A stretch of DNA of 63,403 nt, counting the filler, from Octopus bimaculoides (Eukaryota): assembly GCF_001194135.2 (NCBI RefSeq). It is 7 parts of 7 records of this genome, joined end to end, with 100 filler letters (N's around TTAATTAATTAA, not from the genome) between each part and the next. Parts side by side here need not be neighbours in the genome. Positions count along the whole stretch, not along the records: positions 1 to 30,221 come from NC_069001.1; 6 more parts are not named here. One strand, given 5' to 3'. The notes below the pieces were generated by a model that did not search any database, was not told where the DNA came from, and worked only from the letters and a program-made list of their open reading frames with translations. The position numbers were made by a program, and so were the translations under genes. Positions 12,721 to 26,464 of the stretch are shown here, piece by piece (the stretch's first letter is position 1; every line of letters begins with the position of its first letter).

Positions 12721-13144
12721 ATCTAAATGTGATAACCAGTTGATCTGGCAGGGAAGGCTTCATTTCAGTGAGTGGGGGCCAGTGCACAATGACGCTGTTG
12801 GGAGGTAGGCCCCAAAATGGCACACATTCTCTGCTGATGACCCCATAAACTTGCTGGCATTCAGTATGCAGAGCTTTCATCTGGTAGCACTTGCATCTGT
12901 AAGTTGTTTGTAAAACATCTAACTAAAATTCCGGATAACAACAAAATATAATTGTGTGTTGAAGACTAAAAACTCTTATCAAAGAAAAATGTTAAATCCA
13001 AATCAATTGAAGATATTACAAAAAAAAAAAAAATTAACAAAACTATTTTCTGGTTGACAAGACAGACATTTCCAACATGTTTACATCAAAACACAAGTGA
13101 CATGAAAATCCAGACCGCAGTTAAAAAAAAAATATTTAATATAC

Positions 13145-13342
13145 TGTTGTAATCCAATGTTGGACTGTTACAACATCCACACTGGTATAGCAGTATAGTT
13201 AGTTAAACAAGTAAATACACAACTATCTATAACGATTACCTGACTGACACTCTGCTCGACTTCCTATGTCTTTGTAATGACTAGCACAAACCCCTCGTCA
13301 CATAGGAGGGGGTGTTCTATTATTATTACTATTCCCATAATA
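13145..13342 (-). repeat. Probable 3' LTR of the adjacent Gypsy element
   Basis: On - strand a polypurine tract AAAGAGGAGA (13352-13343) precedes TATTATG (degenerate TG start); segment ends in ACAACA at 13145; lies downstream of the integrase. Confidence 0.55.
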
Positions 13343-14445
13343 TCTCCTCTTTAGGTATTTTTTCTTAGGGAGTGTTATTTTATTTCTTTTTATTAACAAT
13401 AATTTTTACATCACACTACCTTCCTTTTTTGAGTACTTTTTCTTTTCATACAGTTACACATTTAATATTTTTTCCACTTAGCATCCACTTCCAGGAACTC
13501 CGTACATTTTCTTTTTCTTTTGCTTGTGCGTCTGGGTTCAATTATTTGTAGTGGCATTGGTACTTGAAAAGTACCATATAACCATTCCATTGGTTCTTCT
13601 ATTCTCTTGGGTTTGCACTCAACAAATCTTTTTTTTTAGTTGGTTCATCTGTCTGTTATATAATCCTTTTTTTTCTTTTACCAAGTTTTGCATTTTTCCT
13701 ATGCATTTGGTAATCACACCATCTTCCCAACTTTGTTTTCAATTCTTATATGCCCTAACAGATATATTTTGCTGTAATATCTATTACAATTCTTCTTTTC
13801 TTACCAGGTAGTAATTTATCAAAGACTGATTTTACTTTCCTCACAAACATCAGCTCCACTGGTGACATACTTTCTAGTGTGGTTGGATTTAGTGTCACAT
13901 AGTATACTCTTAAGAATTGTTGTAGAGCTACCTCATCCATGACTTCCTTATTCAACTTTCTTAGGGATCTCTTGAATGTATTGAGATGGGATGGTATGGC
14001 ACTATAGTTACATGTTCTATAGTGAATGTTTTACAAAACGTTTTAAACTCAAAAGACACAAATTGCATTCCATTGTCAAACATTATCACATCTGGGATGC
14101 CAAATCTCACAAACAGCTCATGTAGAAAACTTGTCGCAGTTGAGGAGGTTGGCTTTTTATGCTAACAAATTTCTGGCCTTTTAGAGAAACTATCTACTAC
14201 CACTAAGTAGTATAAACCACTCAAGGGACCAGTGAAATCGATGTGTAGTCTCGGCCACAAAACATCTACTTTTGGCTAAGGTTTTATCGTCAGTAATTTT
14301 GCTACTAGTACACATCCTCTGCAGCTTTTCACTAAATTTTCGATTTCTCTATCCATTTTTGGCCAGTACATGTAGCTATGCATTAAAGCTTTCATCCTCA
14401 AAATACCAGAATGTCCAACATGGAATTCCTTCAACATTTTCTTTT
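13145..14445 (-). mobile_element. Decayed Ty3/Gypsy LTR retrotransposon (integrase region + 3' LTR)
   Basis: EFHVGHSGILRMKALMHSYMYWP..SCRGC (HHCC); WPRLHIDFTGP; LVVVDSFSK; RFGIPDVIMFDNGMQF; SPVELMFVRK. Confidence 0.88.
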
Positions 14446-14454
14446 GCAGTGTTT

Positions 14455-15633
14455 CAAGTAGTTGATAGCTTCCATTACCTAGGTGACCAAGTCAGTAGCG
14501 GGAGTGGATGCTTTGAAAGTGTAGCTGCTATACTAAGAATAGCCTGGGTAAAGTTCAGAGAGCTCCTACCTCTGCTGGTGACTAGGGCCTCTCGCTCAGA
14601 GTAAAAGGTAGACTGTATGACGCATGTGTATGAACAGCCATGCTACATGGTAGTGAAACATGGGCCGTGACTGCTGAGGACATGCATAAGCTTGCAAAGA
14701 ATGAAGCCAGTATGCTCCGATGAGTGTAATGTCAGAATGCATACATGACAGAGTGTAAGTGTCCTGAGAGGAAAGTTGGATTTAAGAAGCATCAGATGTG
14801 GTGTGCAAGAGAGACAACTGCGCTGGTATGGTCATGTGTTGCGAATGGATGAGGATAGCTGTGTGAAAAAGTGTCACACCCTAGCAGTTGAGGGAACCTG
14901 TGGAAGAGGTAGATCCAGGAAGACCTGGGATGAGGTGATGAAGCATGACCTTTGAATATTGGGCCTCACCAAGGCAATGACTAGTGACCAATACCTTTGG
15001 AGATATGCTGTGCTTGAGAAGACCAGACAAGCCAAGTGAGACCATAACCGGTGGCCAATGCCAGTGGTGTATAACCAGCCCACTTATGAGTACTCTTCAT
15101 TTATTGGACAATAAACTTTGCTTGTGAAGACCTGTTGAAGCAAGTGAAATCAAAATCGCTGACGTGGCCGATGACAGTACCGCCTGATTGGCACTCATGC
15201 CAGTGGAACATTAAAAGCACCATCTAAGCATGATCGTTGCCAGGGTCACTGACTGGCTCCCATGCTGGTAGTACGTAAAAAGCACCATTCGAGCGTGATC
15301 GTTGCCAGCATTGCCTTATTGGCACCTGTGCTGGTGGCATGTGAAAAACAACATTCGAGCATGGTCGTTGCCAGTGCTGCCAGACTGGCTCCCATGCAGG
15401 TTGCACGTAAAAAACACCTTTTGAGCGTGGTCATTGCCAGTACCGCCTGACTGGCCCTCATGCCAGTGACATGTAAAAGCATCCACTACCCTCTCGGAGT
15501 GGTTGGCATTAGGAAACTTTGCCAGATCAGATTGGAGCCTGGTGCAGCCTTCTGGTTCACCAGTTCTCAGTCAAACCGTCCAACCCATGCCAGCATAGAA
15601 AGAAGACGTTAAATAATGATGATGATGATGATG
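14455..15633 (+). mobile_element. 5'-truncated RTE LINE with internally repetitive 3' UTR and (GAT)n tail
   Basis: VVDSFHYLGD, RIAWVKFRELLPLL, LRWYGHVLRMDEDSCVKKC, GRGRSRKTWDEV; ends GACGTTAAATAATGATGATGATGAT. Confidence 0.9.
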
Positions 15634-15644
15634 TATACCCTTTT

Positions 15645-15878
15645 ACTCTTTTGTTTCAGTCATTTGACTGTGGCCATGCTGGAGCAGTGCCTTTAGTCAA
15701 ACAAATCAACCCCAGGACTCACTCTTTCTAAGCTTTATTCTATTGGTCTCTTACTTAGTCTATTGGTCTCTTATTCTATTGGTTCTTTTGCCGAATGCTA
15801 AGCTATGGGGACATAAACACATCAGCATCGGTTGTCAAGCGATGGTGGGGGGACAAACTCACACACATATGCATACAC

Positions 15879-15935
<57 letters not shown>

Positions 15936-16099
15936 ACAGGCTTCTATTATCAGCTTCCATCTACCAAATCCACTCACAAGGCTTTGGTCAGCCTGAGGCT
16001 ATAGTAGAAGACACTTGCCCAATGTGCCATGCAGTGGGACTGGCCCGAAACCATGTTGATTGGAAGCAAGCTTCATACCACACAACCACAACTGCACCT
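15645..16099 (-). mobile_element. tRNA-derived SINE (CORE-like TGGGCAAGTGTCTT box) with internal (CA)n
   Basis: Head on - strand GGTGCAGTTGTGGTTGTGTGG...TTGGGCAAGTGTCTTCTACTATAGCC; related copies at 38598 and 42784. Confidence 0.8.
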
Positions 16100-17567
16100 A
16101 TTATATATGATATATATATGTATGTATATCAAATACCTTATAATCAGCTCATCCCCAATGCATGTGTTTTACTTGTTCACAGGTTTGCTGTGGTACTGTG
16201 CTCTGGGCACCACTCCCTCATACCACTGATAGCCATCAAAAAGCAAGGCAGCACACATCCCCAGTCCCATCCAGGAGTGATGGATACCAATATTTTGTGG
16301 CTTATCAACATCACAATTATTTTCATGCCCATGGGAAGGCTCAAGGGCAATGTTGGCCTCTGTGGAATTTTAATTGAAAACAAAGTAATTCATCAAATAC
16401 CAACAAGTTATTTTGTCTGTCATGGCATCATACCAATAATGTCTACCAACAGAAAAAGGCTAAAAATTTTAAAAGAGGCGGAGAGATACAGCAAGTTGAT
16501 TAAAATGACCTTAGTATATAATGAATTCATTAAAGGCAACAAAGTGGCTTCCATGAGCTCGCTTAGCTTGTTATTCATAGCAGCCAAATCTTATCACAAC
16601 TTAGCATCCTTATAAGAGAGGGAAGGACACATTAGAAAATGTAGTCCAAGAAATATCTTAGTAGATGGTATGGTCATGGTTGAAGTGTGTTTGTTCCAAG
16701 GTCTCCTTACTGAGAACTGATTTGGAGCTAGACAACAACAGCAACAATACCAACACTACTACCACCACCACTGCTAACAACAACAATGATGACTGGTTAT
16801 TGACATTATTGATCCCAGAGAGATGAAAGGCAAAGTCGATCACTCTCAGCAATATCTCAACACAAAATGTAACAGGAAGTAATTAAATACTGCAAAATAA
16901 TTTTGGTCATCATGCTTCCACACTAACAACAACAGTGTTGATGATCGATTGTGATAATAATGATGATGATGACAATGATTATTTTTCCTGCTCATCTTTT
17001 ACTGTAATAATCTCACTGGGCAGAATCCCAACAGAAATCATTTTAAATAACATCCAGAATAAAAAAAAATATTTTAAGAATTACAACAAATGATGAAAAT
17101 AATTCTCTTTCTCTTCTCTTTTGACTATATATTTATGACTGAGTATGTATATAAAATATATATGTATGTTTGTGTGTGTGTGTGTGTGTGTGTGTACACA
17201 TATGCGCACACATATATCAACATCACTGCCACCACCAACATCACTACCATCTCCATAATCATCATCATCATAATTTCTTTTTCCTTTTCTTACATATATT
17301 TTTCCATGCTGGCATGGGTTGGATGGGTTGTCACCGTCCACTAAATTTTTTTCAAGCTTTTGCCCTCCTAGATAAACCGTGCCACATGACTTATTGTAGT
17401 CTTTTGTCTTGCAACATCACTCATCCTTATTATGTCACCTACTACAGTCCTTCATCTCACTGAATCACCTGTTGCAACCTTTTTTGTCATCATGTCACTC
17501 ACTACCAGAAATAACCCATCAGCTCATCCCTCAGCATGTTCCCTTTACCCTGCTGTCCCTTAGCATG

Positions 17568-17621
<54 letters not shown>

Positions 17622-17925
17622 CCTATGACTTATAGTTATTTTGAATTCTCCTCGCCTATTTCCAATTCCTTATTTTTCCTATTTCTCTTTCTTGTTCTAT
17701 CTTGTGGCCCTTCCACAACATTGCACCCCCCACCACCTACTGTCTGATAATTTCTTACCCACCTACAACTTCTTTGTCATCTTCATCCTCTATTTACAGT
17801 CATCCGACACTTTGATGCTCAAGATATTGGTTATACCAAGGTTCATGGTAGAAGATATTTCTTGTCCAGATACTGTACAGTTCTATCAAACTTACAACTA
17901 CATCATTCCAAAACCAACTTCTTAA

Positions 17926-17967
<42 letters not shown>

Positions 17968-17999
17968 GTTGTTCTTCTTATCATCATCATCATCATCAC

Positions 18000-18598
18000 C
18001 ATCACCATCATCATAATCTTCTTTCAATTTTGTTTCCATTTCTTGCCAAGTGTCTGCCTGACACCTAGGGAAGAGAAACTCACTATATACATTGGCAGGC
18101 CATTAAAATAAACACACCAGATTGTTCATTTACAAAGTCATGTGATCAAGTAAAAAGGAAAGAAAGACAGAGAGAAAAGGGAAAAATTATAAAAAAAGGT
18201 AAACAAAAAATAAGGGGGGGAAAAAGGAAAGACAATTCACAGCAAGAATGCTCTTCTCAGTACATGTGATGTACCAGTCGAGACATTCTTTTGCATTTCC
18301 TGCATGGATGGTTAGCCAGGAATCATTCTTAAATAATTTTCAGTTCCTTTTTTGATCATTCCAAATGTTCCTACAATTACTGGTATTGTAACCATCTTTA
18401 GATGCCACATCTTTTCAGTTTCAGTTAGCAAATCTTTATACTTTCTGAGCTTATCAAATTCTTTTGTCAAGATATTATGGCCACAGGGTATGCTCATGTC
18501 AATCAAATAACAGACTTTATTGTTTTGGTCTTTCACAACAATATCTGGTTTATTTGCTTTGATAGTCTAGTCTGTACATACTGGAAAGTCCTAAAGAA

Positions 18599-18600
<2 letters not shown>
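18000..18600 (-). mobile_element. R4/Dong-like LINE 3' end (restriction-like endonuclease)
   Basis: ORF 18312..18536 KVCYLIDMSIP..KEFDKLRKYKDL..EKMWHLKMVTIPVIVGTFG; flanked by (TTA)n arrays. Confidence 0.8.
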
Positions 18601-18653
<53 letters not shown>

Positions 18654-18659
18654 TATTAT

Positions 18660-19095
18660 TAAGGCAGCAAGCCAACAGAATCATTACCAGATAAAATTCT
18701 AAAGGATATATTGTCTGGTGTGCTAACATTCTGAGTTCAAATTCTTCATATTTATTATTAAGGTGATGAGCAGTCAGAATAACATGCCAGACAAAATGCT
18801 TAGCAGCATTTCATCCATCCTTACATTCTGAGTTCAAATTCCACTTTACCTTTCATCATTTCAGGACTGATAAAATAAGTACCAGGCATGCAATGGGATC
18901 AATATAATCAACTTACCTCACCTTTCAAAACCTATTCTCCATGTACAAAAATCTGAAACAATTTCTAAAAGACAGGCAAGTTGGAAAAATTGTTAGCATG
19001 CCAAACAAAACACAGTGGTATTTCATTTGTCTTATGATCTGAGTTCAAACACCACTATGATAAACATTATCTTTCATACTTTTGGGGTTGATGCA
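18660..19095 (+). mobile_element. Cluster of partial Meta-like SINE copies
   Basis: Repeated ATTCTGAGTTCAAATTC and TTTCAGGACTGATAAAATAAGTACCAG motifs. Confidence 0.7.
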
Positions 19096-19359
19096 CAGGT
19101 TGGAAGCAAAAAATACCTCTTCCATGACAGTGACACTTGCCTAATACCAATCTCTGCTGTAACAGCAAGGAGACAGTAAAGCAAACACTCACTCACTTAC
19201 ACACACAGAGACTTCTGTCAGTTTCTGTCTAAGATGATCCACTCTGATTTGGCTTGCTTTCTATGGCTGGATAAACTTCATACCACCAATCACTTTAGAG
19301 TGTGTGCTATGGTGATTTTAACGTAGCATAAGCACAAATGCTTTTATGCAGCACCAGCA

Positions 19360-20891
19360 TGTGTGCGTTTTATGTGTTACTTCATTTATTAAATATAATA
19401 ATAAGTTGTGGGCTTGGAAAGATACTAGGGACTATTTTGATATACCAATGGGGGCACCCCATTCAGCACAGGTAACTGATTTAGTAGGTATATATTTATT
19501 ATCAGAACTTCAGCCTGAAAACTTAAAAAATTGGAGGGTGGTTTATATAGGGATGACCTTTAATTACTAACTAAGTATTGCACCAATAGAACACTAGAAT
19601 TATATAAGAGAATATATAGTTTTTTTTTAAAGAAATGGATTAAAGATTACTATTTATAATGAGAACTATAATATAAATTATTTAGATGCTAATTTTAACT
19701 TATCTACAGATAATACCCAACCTTATCATAAGATTAATGAAAATATTAAATACATTCATGTGAAAAGTAATCACCCACCCTCAATTAAGAAATCGTTAAC
19801 ATTTACTCTAGGTAAGAGAATATTTCTTTCATCCAATTTAGAGATCTTCAAAAAACATGCACCTTATTACAATAAAGCTCTTCACGAGGTGGGATATACT
19901 AATGATATTAAATTTTTTAATAATCCGAAGTATAATTATAATTTTATTAGTAATGATTATAATATTAATGATCTATTTGATAAACATAACCTTTATAATT
20001 ATTGATAAAGTCTATTTAGGTAATTATGGTAAGAATAATATGTATTATGATAATAAATTACATAAACATAAACATAATTGTAATGGAGACAATAATAGAT
20101 TTAAATTTAATTCTTTTAATGATAATGATAAATTTAATTATATAAATAATAAATATAATAATATCTATAATAAGAACAAACTTTGGCTAATCATTCCATA
20201 TGGAGTTCAAGTTAAAACTAACATTATTAAAGAAATTTTAAAAGTAATTGATATATTCCTTAGAGATAATAAAAAATATTATAATATCTTTTCTACTAAT
20301 AATTTGGGTGTAGGTTATTCTACTAATAATAATGTTGGTAACATTATCTCTTCTTTTAATAGATTTAAGTTAAATAAGTATTACAAATATAAACTAAATA
20401 CTTATTCTAATAATAATAATAATGAGGACCAGGATATAATTAAGTGTACATGTAGAGATAAGACTAAATGTAAATTTAATAATATATGCAATTTGAAAGA
20501 TGTCGTGTATAAATGTATAGTGACTTTAATGGATGAGAATAAACATAATGGTTATAATTTAAATAAGATTTATATAGGATCGACTTCTAATAAAATTAAA
20601 TTACAGGTGGCTCAACATATGCACTCCTTTAAGAATAGAAATTTGATTAATTCTACTGGCCTTAGTAAATATATTTGGGAACTTAAATCTAAAAATATTA
20701 AGTACATTTTACATTGGGAGATAGTTTGTAAGGCGAAATCCTATCGTATAGATAATAATTTTTGTAAGTTGTGTACTAATAAATTTAAGGAGACATTATT
20801 AAATAATTATAATACTTTAATTGATTCTTTTGATGAACGAAAAATTAAATGTAGACATAAATTACGTTATTTATATAATAAGCTTAGCTAA
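19360..20891 (+). mobile_element. 5'-truncated AT-rich Hydra-like PLE (RT end + GIY-YIG)
   Basis: FDIPMGAPHSAQVTDLVGIYLL, GLYRDD, INYLDANFNL, KSNHPP; ORF 19857..20891 has CTCRDKTKC, VVYKC, IYIGST, TGLSKYIWELK, CKLC, CRH. Confidence 0.9.
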
Positions 20892-20901
20892 CTGTGTCTA
20901 T

Positions 20902-20933
<32 letters not shown>

Positions 20934-20934
20934 T

Positions 20935-20977
<43 letters not shown>

Positions 20978-20986
20978 ATATGTATG

Positions 20987-21018
<32 letters not shown>

Positions 21019-23476
21019 AGTATATACACCATTCCTTCTTTACTGAATGTAGTAGTTATAGATTATATTTATTAATTGTGTATTTATTGGTACATTAATA
21101 TTTTCAGTGAGTTTAAGGAATTAATATTCTAATGACACTATGATTTTTATAAAATTAATAATATAAATATTTTAATTAATTAATTTAATTATAGTATTTT
21201 AGCTTATTTCATACATATTATTTAAGTTATGTATCTTAGTCTTATTCTTTAGACTCTATAATTACTTAGATTTTAACGTTCCATCATATGTTTACAATAT
21301 AGTTAATTGTTTTATTATGATTTAAGTTATATAAAGTTTAATTATAAATAAAACTTTCATTCATGTTTTTATATCTCTTTATTCTATCCTTTTTTGTATG
21401 CAATATCTTCATGTGACTTCTTTCTAATAAACGCTTAGTTATTAGTTTAATGTCTAAAATTTTTAGTTTAAACAATAGCATCACTGAGATAAGTATTGCT
21501 TTTATCTTCATTAATATTGCTAAATGATTTTCAATCATTGATTGGAAAAATATGTATTTTTATATTAATTCAATTGATGTTTAATGTTAGCCGGTACCTT
21601 ATTTAACACTAAGTTAATAGTATAAAATTTATCATTTTAGTTTAAACCAAAACTTTGATTAGTTTAGTGTTGCATCTTTTCCAATAATATTGTTTAATAT
21701 TTCTTTTTGATTTATGGGATAAATAAGTAGTTTTTTTTTAAATAATTTCTTTGATTATTAGTTAATATTCTAATTAAGGTTAAGTTAATAGTACAACATT
21801 TAAAATTTTATTTAAACTAAAGATTCGATTAGATAAATTTTGTATTTCTTTTCAATAATTTTGTTAAATGTCTTTTTCTTTTATTTAATGGTGATATAAT
21901 TATTTTTATATAAATTAATTTATATAAATTAATTTTTGCTAGTTTATATTAAAATTAAAGTTATTTATATTACGTTTATAAGTTTAGTTTAACCTAAAAC
22001 TTCGTTTAAATTTTTTTTAAATGAAAGATTCATTAAGATAAGATTTGCATTTAATATTTCTGTTAGTTAATATTCTAATAAACGTAAAGTTAATAATGTC
22101 ACGTTTATAATTTTCGATAAGATTAGTATTAAATTTCTTTTTAATAATATTGTTCAACATTTTTCTATCTTAATATAATAAGTATTTTTATATACATTCA
22201 TTTGTTATTTATTACTGGTTGATATATATATTCTTTTTATTGTTATTATTGTTGTATTTTGACTTGAAGATTAGCTATATTTTTGAATAGAGTTGATTTT
22301 CGATCGATTTAATCGATTTGAAGATATTTCATTTTCTATTTGAAAACATGGTCATGAAACACATGTAGTCGTTTTATTATTATTATTTTATGATTTTTAC
22401 TTTGTATTTTATTATACTTATTTATCAGGTATTTACTTATTAATTTTTACTATATATGATTGTGGATTTTCATGGATGAGTTCATGAACTTTGGTTCTTT
22501 TCNNNNNNNNNNNNNNNNNNNNNNNNNNNNNNNNNNNNNNNNNNNNNNNNNNNNNNNNNNNNNNNNNNNNNNNNNNNNNNNNNNNNNNNNNNNNNNNNNN
22601 NNATAAGCAACAAGGATATCCAGAGGTAATGCAGTATGATTGTTTCATGCAATCTATTTAATTGAGCAATGCAATCATTACATCAATTCAAAATGCAGAG
22701 CAATACTCAGCTGTGCAAAGACATAGAATTTAATTAAATTAGAACAGACGAACACATTAGTATAATTATATCTAAAATCTCCTTGAAGTTAAGGAGATAA
22801 CCAAAGAACATGTTGCCTCTACTACAAGTACCACTAAGAAACTATAAATATCATGTAAGGAGTAACAATAATAACTTCTTAAACCTATAATATAATCCCT
22901 CAGTTTATATATAGAAAGATTAGTGTAAAATATGAATGTTCCATAACTTAAATATTCCTTTTACTGATACCAGACATCAGTCTTTCATTGATATTAGCTA
23001 AATAAGTAAATATATAATTTTTAGTCTAATATATTTTGAATTATTATACTTTTTCTATAAATCTTCTCTATTGGTGTTAATAAGCTAAATATACTTTACC
23101 TTAGCATTAGTAATTGAGCTATTTTATTACTATGGTATTCTGCCCTAATTGATTATTTTATTTCATTTCTTTATTAATTTATAATTAGCCTTTATTCATA
23201 AAATTAAGCTAATCTTTGTATCTCTATAAATTCATACTTAGCTTATATAAAACTATACTGGTATATTCACTATATATAAAAAATCTGCTTAGATTATAAT
23301 TTTATTAATATATAATTAGAATGTTCTTTTACCTCAATACTCCTTTATTAATACCAGTACATACCAATTAATCAATATTCACAGATACCATCTGACGAGT
23401 TAGTATTTAAGTATACAATATGTATAAATATTAAACTATTTCTGAATAATTTCTTTTCCTCCCTCTATATATATAT

Positions 23477-23815
23477 GCTGAGACCCCCTTCGGTCATGAC
23501 TGACCATGGGATTGCACCTAGAAAGTTACCCTCCCAGGTACAAGTCCGTCCAAGGTTGTTTATGGAAGACAAGTAGTTGCCCATGCATTACCGGCCTCCC
23601 TTCTCCATGCCACCAGTGTTATCCAAGAGAAAGGCAAAGGCCGTTACAGCTTGGCACCTGTGACGGTACAACTCATTTCTATAGCTGAGTGAACTGGAGC
23701 AACGTGAAATACAGTGTCTTGCTCAAGAACACGACACACAGCTTGGTCCAGGATTCGAACTCACAACCTCATGATTGTAAGCTCGACGCTCTAACCACTG
23801 AGCCATGCACCTTCA
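23477..23815 (-). mobile_element. tRNA-derived SINE (A box TGGCTCAGTGG, B box GTTCGAATCC, CORE-like TTCTTGAGCAAGACAC)
   Basis: Motifs read directly on the minus strand. Confidence 0.8.
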
Positions 23816-24174
23816 TAATATATATATATATGCACATATGGTTCATATATATATATATATGGTTCATGGTGTTTGTCTACTCCTTGTGCAGAGTTTGATC
23901 ACCTCCTTACCTACTTCTTGGTACCATCATGGCATCTGATGTGGCTTTTTAAACCAGACAATGTTCTGAAATGACACCCACAGAGATTGAACCTCCAATG
24001 TGGACCACCAAGATGTGCAGATAAGTTCTGCTCTTTGTGGATCTTAAAATGTGTTTGGAAACCTCCATTGGATTTGCAAGCCTGGCGTACATTGCATTCA
24101 TATACATATATATATATATACATATATACATATACATATGTGTATATACATACATATATGCATACATATGTGTG

Positions 24175-24272
<98 letters not shown>

Positions 24273-24339
24273 CATACATACATACATATATACATACATA
24301 CATACATATATATACACATGTATGCATACATTTTAATCA

Positions 24340-25455
24340 CCTTATTTTGAAACTGTATGGATAATACCATACTAAATTCTGGTGCCTAAACCCAAGTATA
24401 CAGACAATACATACCAAAAACAAATAACCATAGATCGAAATAAGAACAGAAAATCTACACACTTCAAAAATCTAACTTATCCCACTACACCTCATCCTCC
24501 TAATAACTCACATGACCACATAACTAATATTAATAAAGTTAGCGGTAATAATATAGCAAAAAGAAACCTATACCATATGTATGAATAGATGACCCACAAA
24601 ATTTAAACTACTATAACAATAAGGAAAACAGCAATAATGTAATTTGGACTATTATAGTCCAAATGACATTATTGCTGTTTTCCTTATTGTTATAGTAGTT
24701 TAAATTTTGTGGGTCATCTATTCATACATATGGTATAGGTTTCTTTTGCAAAACATATAAAATCTAATTTTATTAAATCAATTAGAAACATTATTAAAAA
24801 AAACTTTAAAATCTCTAAATATGCAAAAATATTTAATAACAAAATGATCAGATTTGGATTTTCAGTATCTCCTGACCTATATAGGATCATCTCTTCATTT
24901 AACAATTGGAAACTAGACCAATTCTACAATAAAAAAACTCCTTCAAATATACATACTAGCCCCAATAATTCTATATCTAATAACAACAATTATCAGAATA
25001 ACACAGTCTCAATTACCCTTAATACATATAGACATAATAATAGAGTATCAACCAATAGTTCTAATTGTGGTTGTAAAAACCTGAATACTTGTGAGGTAAA
25101 AGGTGACTGTAAAATGAAAGATGTAGTATACCAGACAACAATTATTACCCATAATCTCTCAAAGTTTACTTACATTGGATGTACACAAAATCCTTTTAAA
25201 TTAAGATTAAATAATCATAGATCATCCTTTAATGACCCCTAGAAAAGAAAATAGCACAGGTCTATCTAAAAAGGTTTGGCAACTGAAAAGAAGCAATATA
25301 GATTACTGAATTTCTTGGAAAATTCTCTCTTCAGCTCCATCTTATAGGCATAATAACAGGATCTGAAAATTATGCCTAGTAGAAAGTTATAAAATAATGA
25401 AAATGAACGGTTCTCTTGTAAATTCAAGAAATGAAAAAGTTTTTTCTTGCAAACA
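24340..25455 (+). mobile_element. Hydra-like PLE 3' fragment (GIY-YIG), frameshifted, with an internal fold-back
   Basis: NVIWTII; KYAKIFNN; CGCKNLNTC..DVVYQ..TYIGCTQNPFKLRLNNH; after the shift NSTGLSKKVWQLK..KLCLVE..SCKH. Confidence 0.85.
24556..24749. repeat. Near-perfect inverted repeat, ~95-bp arms, 3-nt loop
   Basis: Centre GGACTA-TTA-TAGTCC; arms differ by one substitution and one A-run indel. Confidence 0.95.
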
Positions 25456-25796
25456 TGTGTCAAAATTCTTTTATTAATCTCAAATAATTTCCTCCACCCC
25501 TCCTTCCTTAACTACTTTCATATCATTACTCCTCTTTATAATTCAGTTTCTTGTATAATATCTCTCTCTACATTATTACTACCTTTATATATGATTTCTA
25601 TTCCAAAATACTCTCTATTTTAATTATCTTACACTATTTGGTTATCCATTTGTTACTCTACCACCCCAACAAATATTGTACTACCCTTATATATTTTTTT
25701 ACTAATTAAAAACCTATACCAAATATTCATATACCTTCCCCTCCTTCTCAATACATATATTAGACAATTCTTTTTGACCACCACTTAATATATACA

Positions 25797-26345
25797 CACA
25801 TCATCATCATTTAACGTCCGCTTTCAATGTTAGCATGGGTTGGATGATTTGACTGAGGACTGGCGAACCAGAAGGCTGCACCAGGCTCCAATCTCATCTG
25901 ACAGAGTTTCTACAGCTGGATGCCCTTCCTAACGCCAATCACTCCGAGAGTGTAGTGGGTGCTTTTACGTGCCACCGGCACAAGGGCCAGTCAGGCGGTA
26001 CTGGCAATGGCCATGCTCAAAATGGTGTTTTTACATGCCACCTGCACAGGAGCCAGTCCAGCAGCACTGGCAATGCCCTCACTCAAATGTTTTTTCACGT
26101 GCCACCAGCACAAGTGCCTGTAAGGTGACGCTGGTAAGGATCACGCTCAAATGGTGCTATTTACGTGCCACTGGCATGGAAGCCAGACAGCTGCTCTGGC
26201 AATGATCACGCTCAGATGGTGCTATTAGTGCTTCACTGGCATAGGTACCAGTCATCGAATTTGGTTCAATTGCAATTTCGATTTCACTTGCCCCAACAGG
26301 TCTTCGCAAGCAGAGTTTAGTGTCCAATGAAGGAAAGGTTGGCAT
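25797..26345 (-). mobile_element. RTE 3' UTR and tail inserted in PLE-flanking AT-rich DNA
   Basis: CATCATCATTTAACGTCCGCTTTC.. followed by repeated GTGCCAC..GCAC..GCCAGTC..ACTGGCAATG units shared with 15040-15620. Confidence 0.85.
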
Positions 26346-26415
26346 GGGTATATACATTTTTTGTATGTAATCTATTTTTTCACAATCTCTCACCTATTCT
26401 AAATATTGCTACTTC

Positions 26416-26464
<49 letters not shown>

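Noticed and set aside
15743-16615. 290-aa ORF and an acceptor-like site near 16180
   Set aside because: The first half crosses a SINE and (CA)n; no recognisable domain in any frame; no convincing donor.
22462-22495. GGATGA followed by palindrome GTTCATGAAC
   Set aside because: Core incomplete and no GAAA.
23376-23448. CTGACGA followed by a long hairpin, enclosed by a 12-bp stem
   Set aside because: No GAAA or stem III after the hairpin; at best a broken hammerhead relic.
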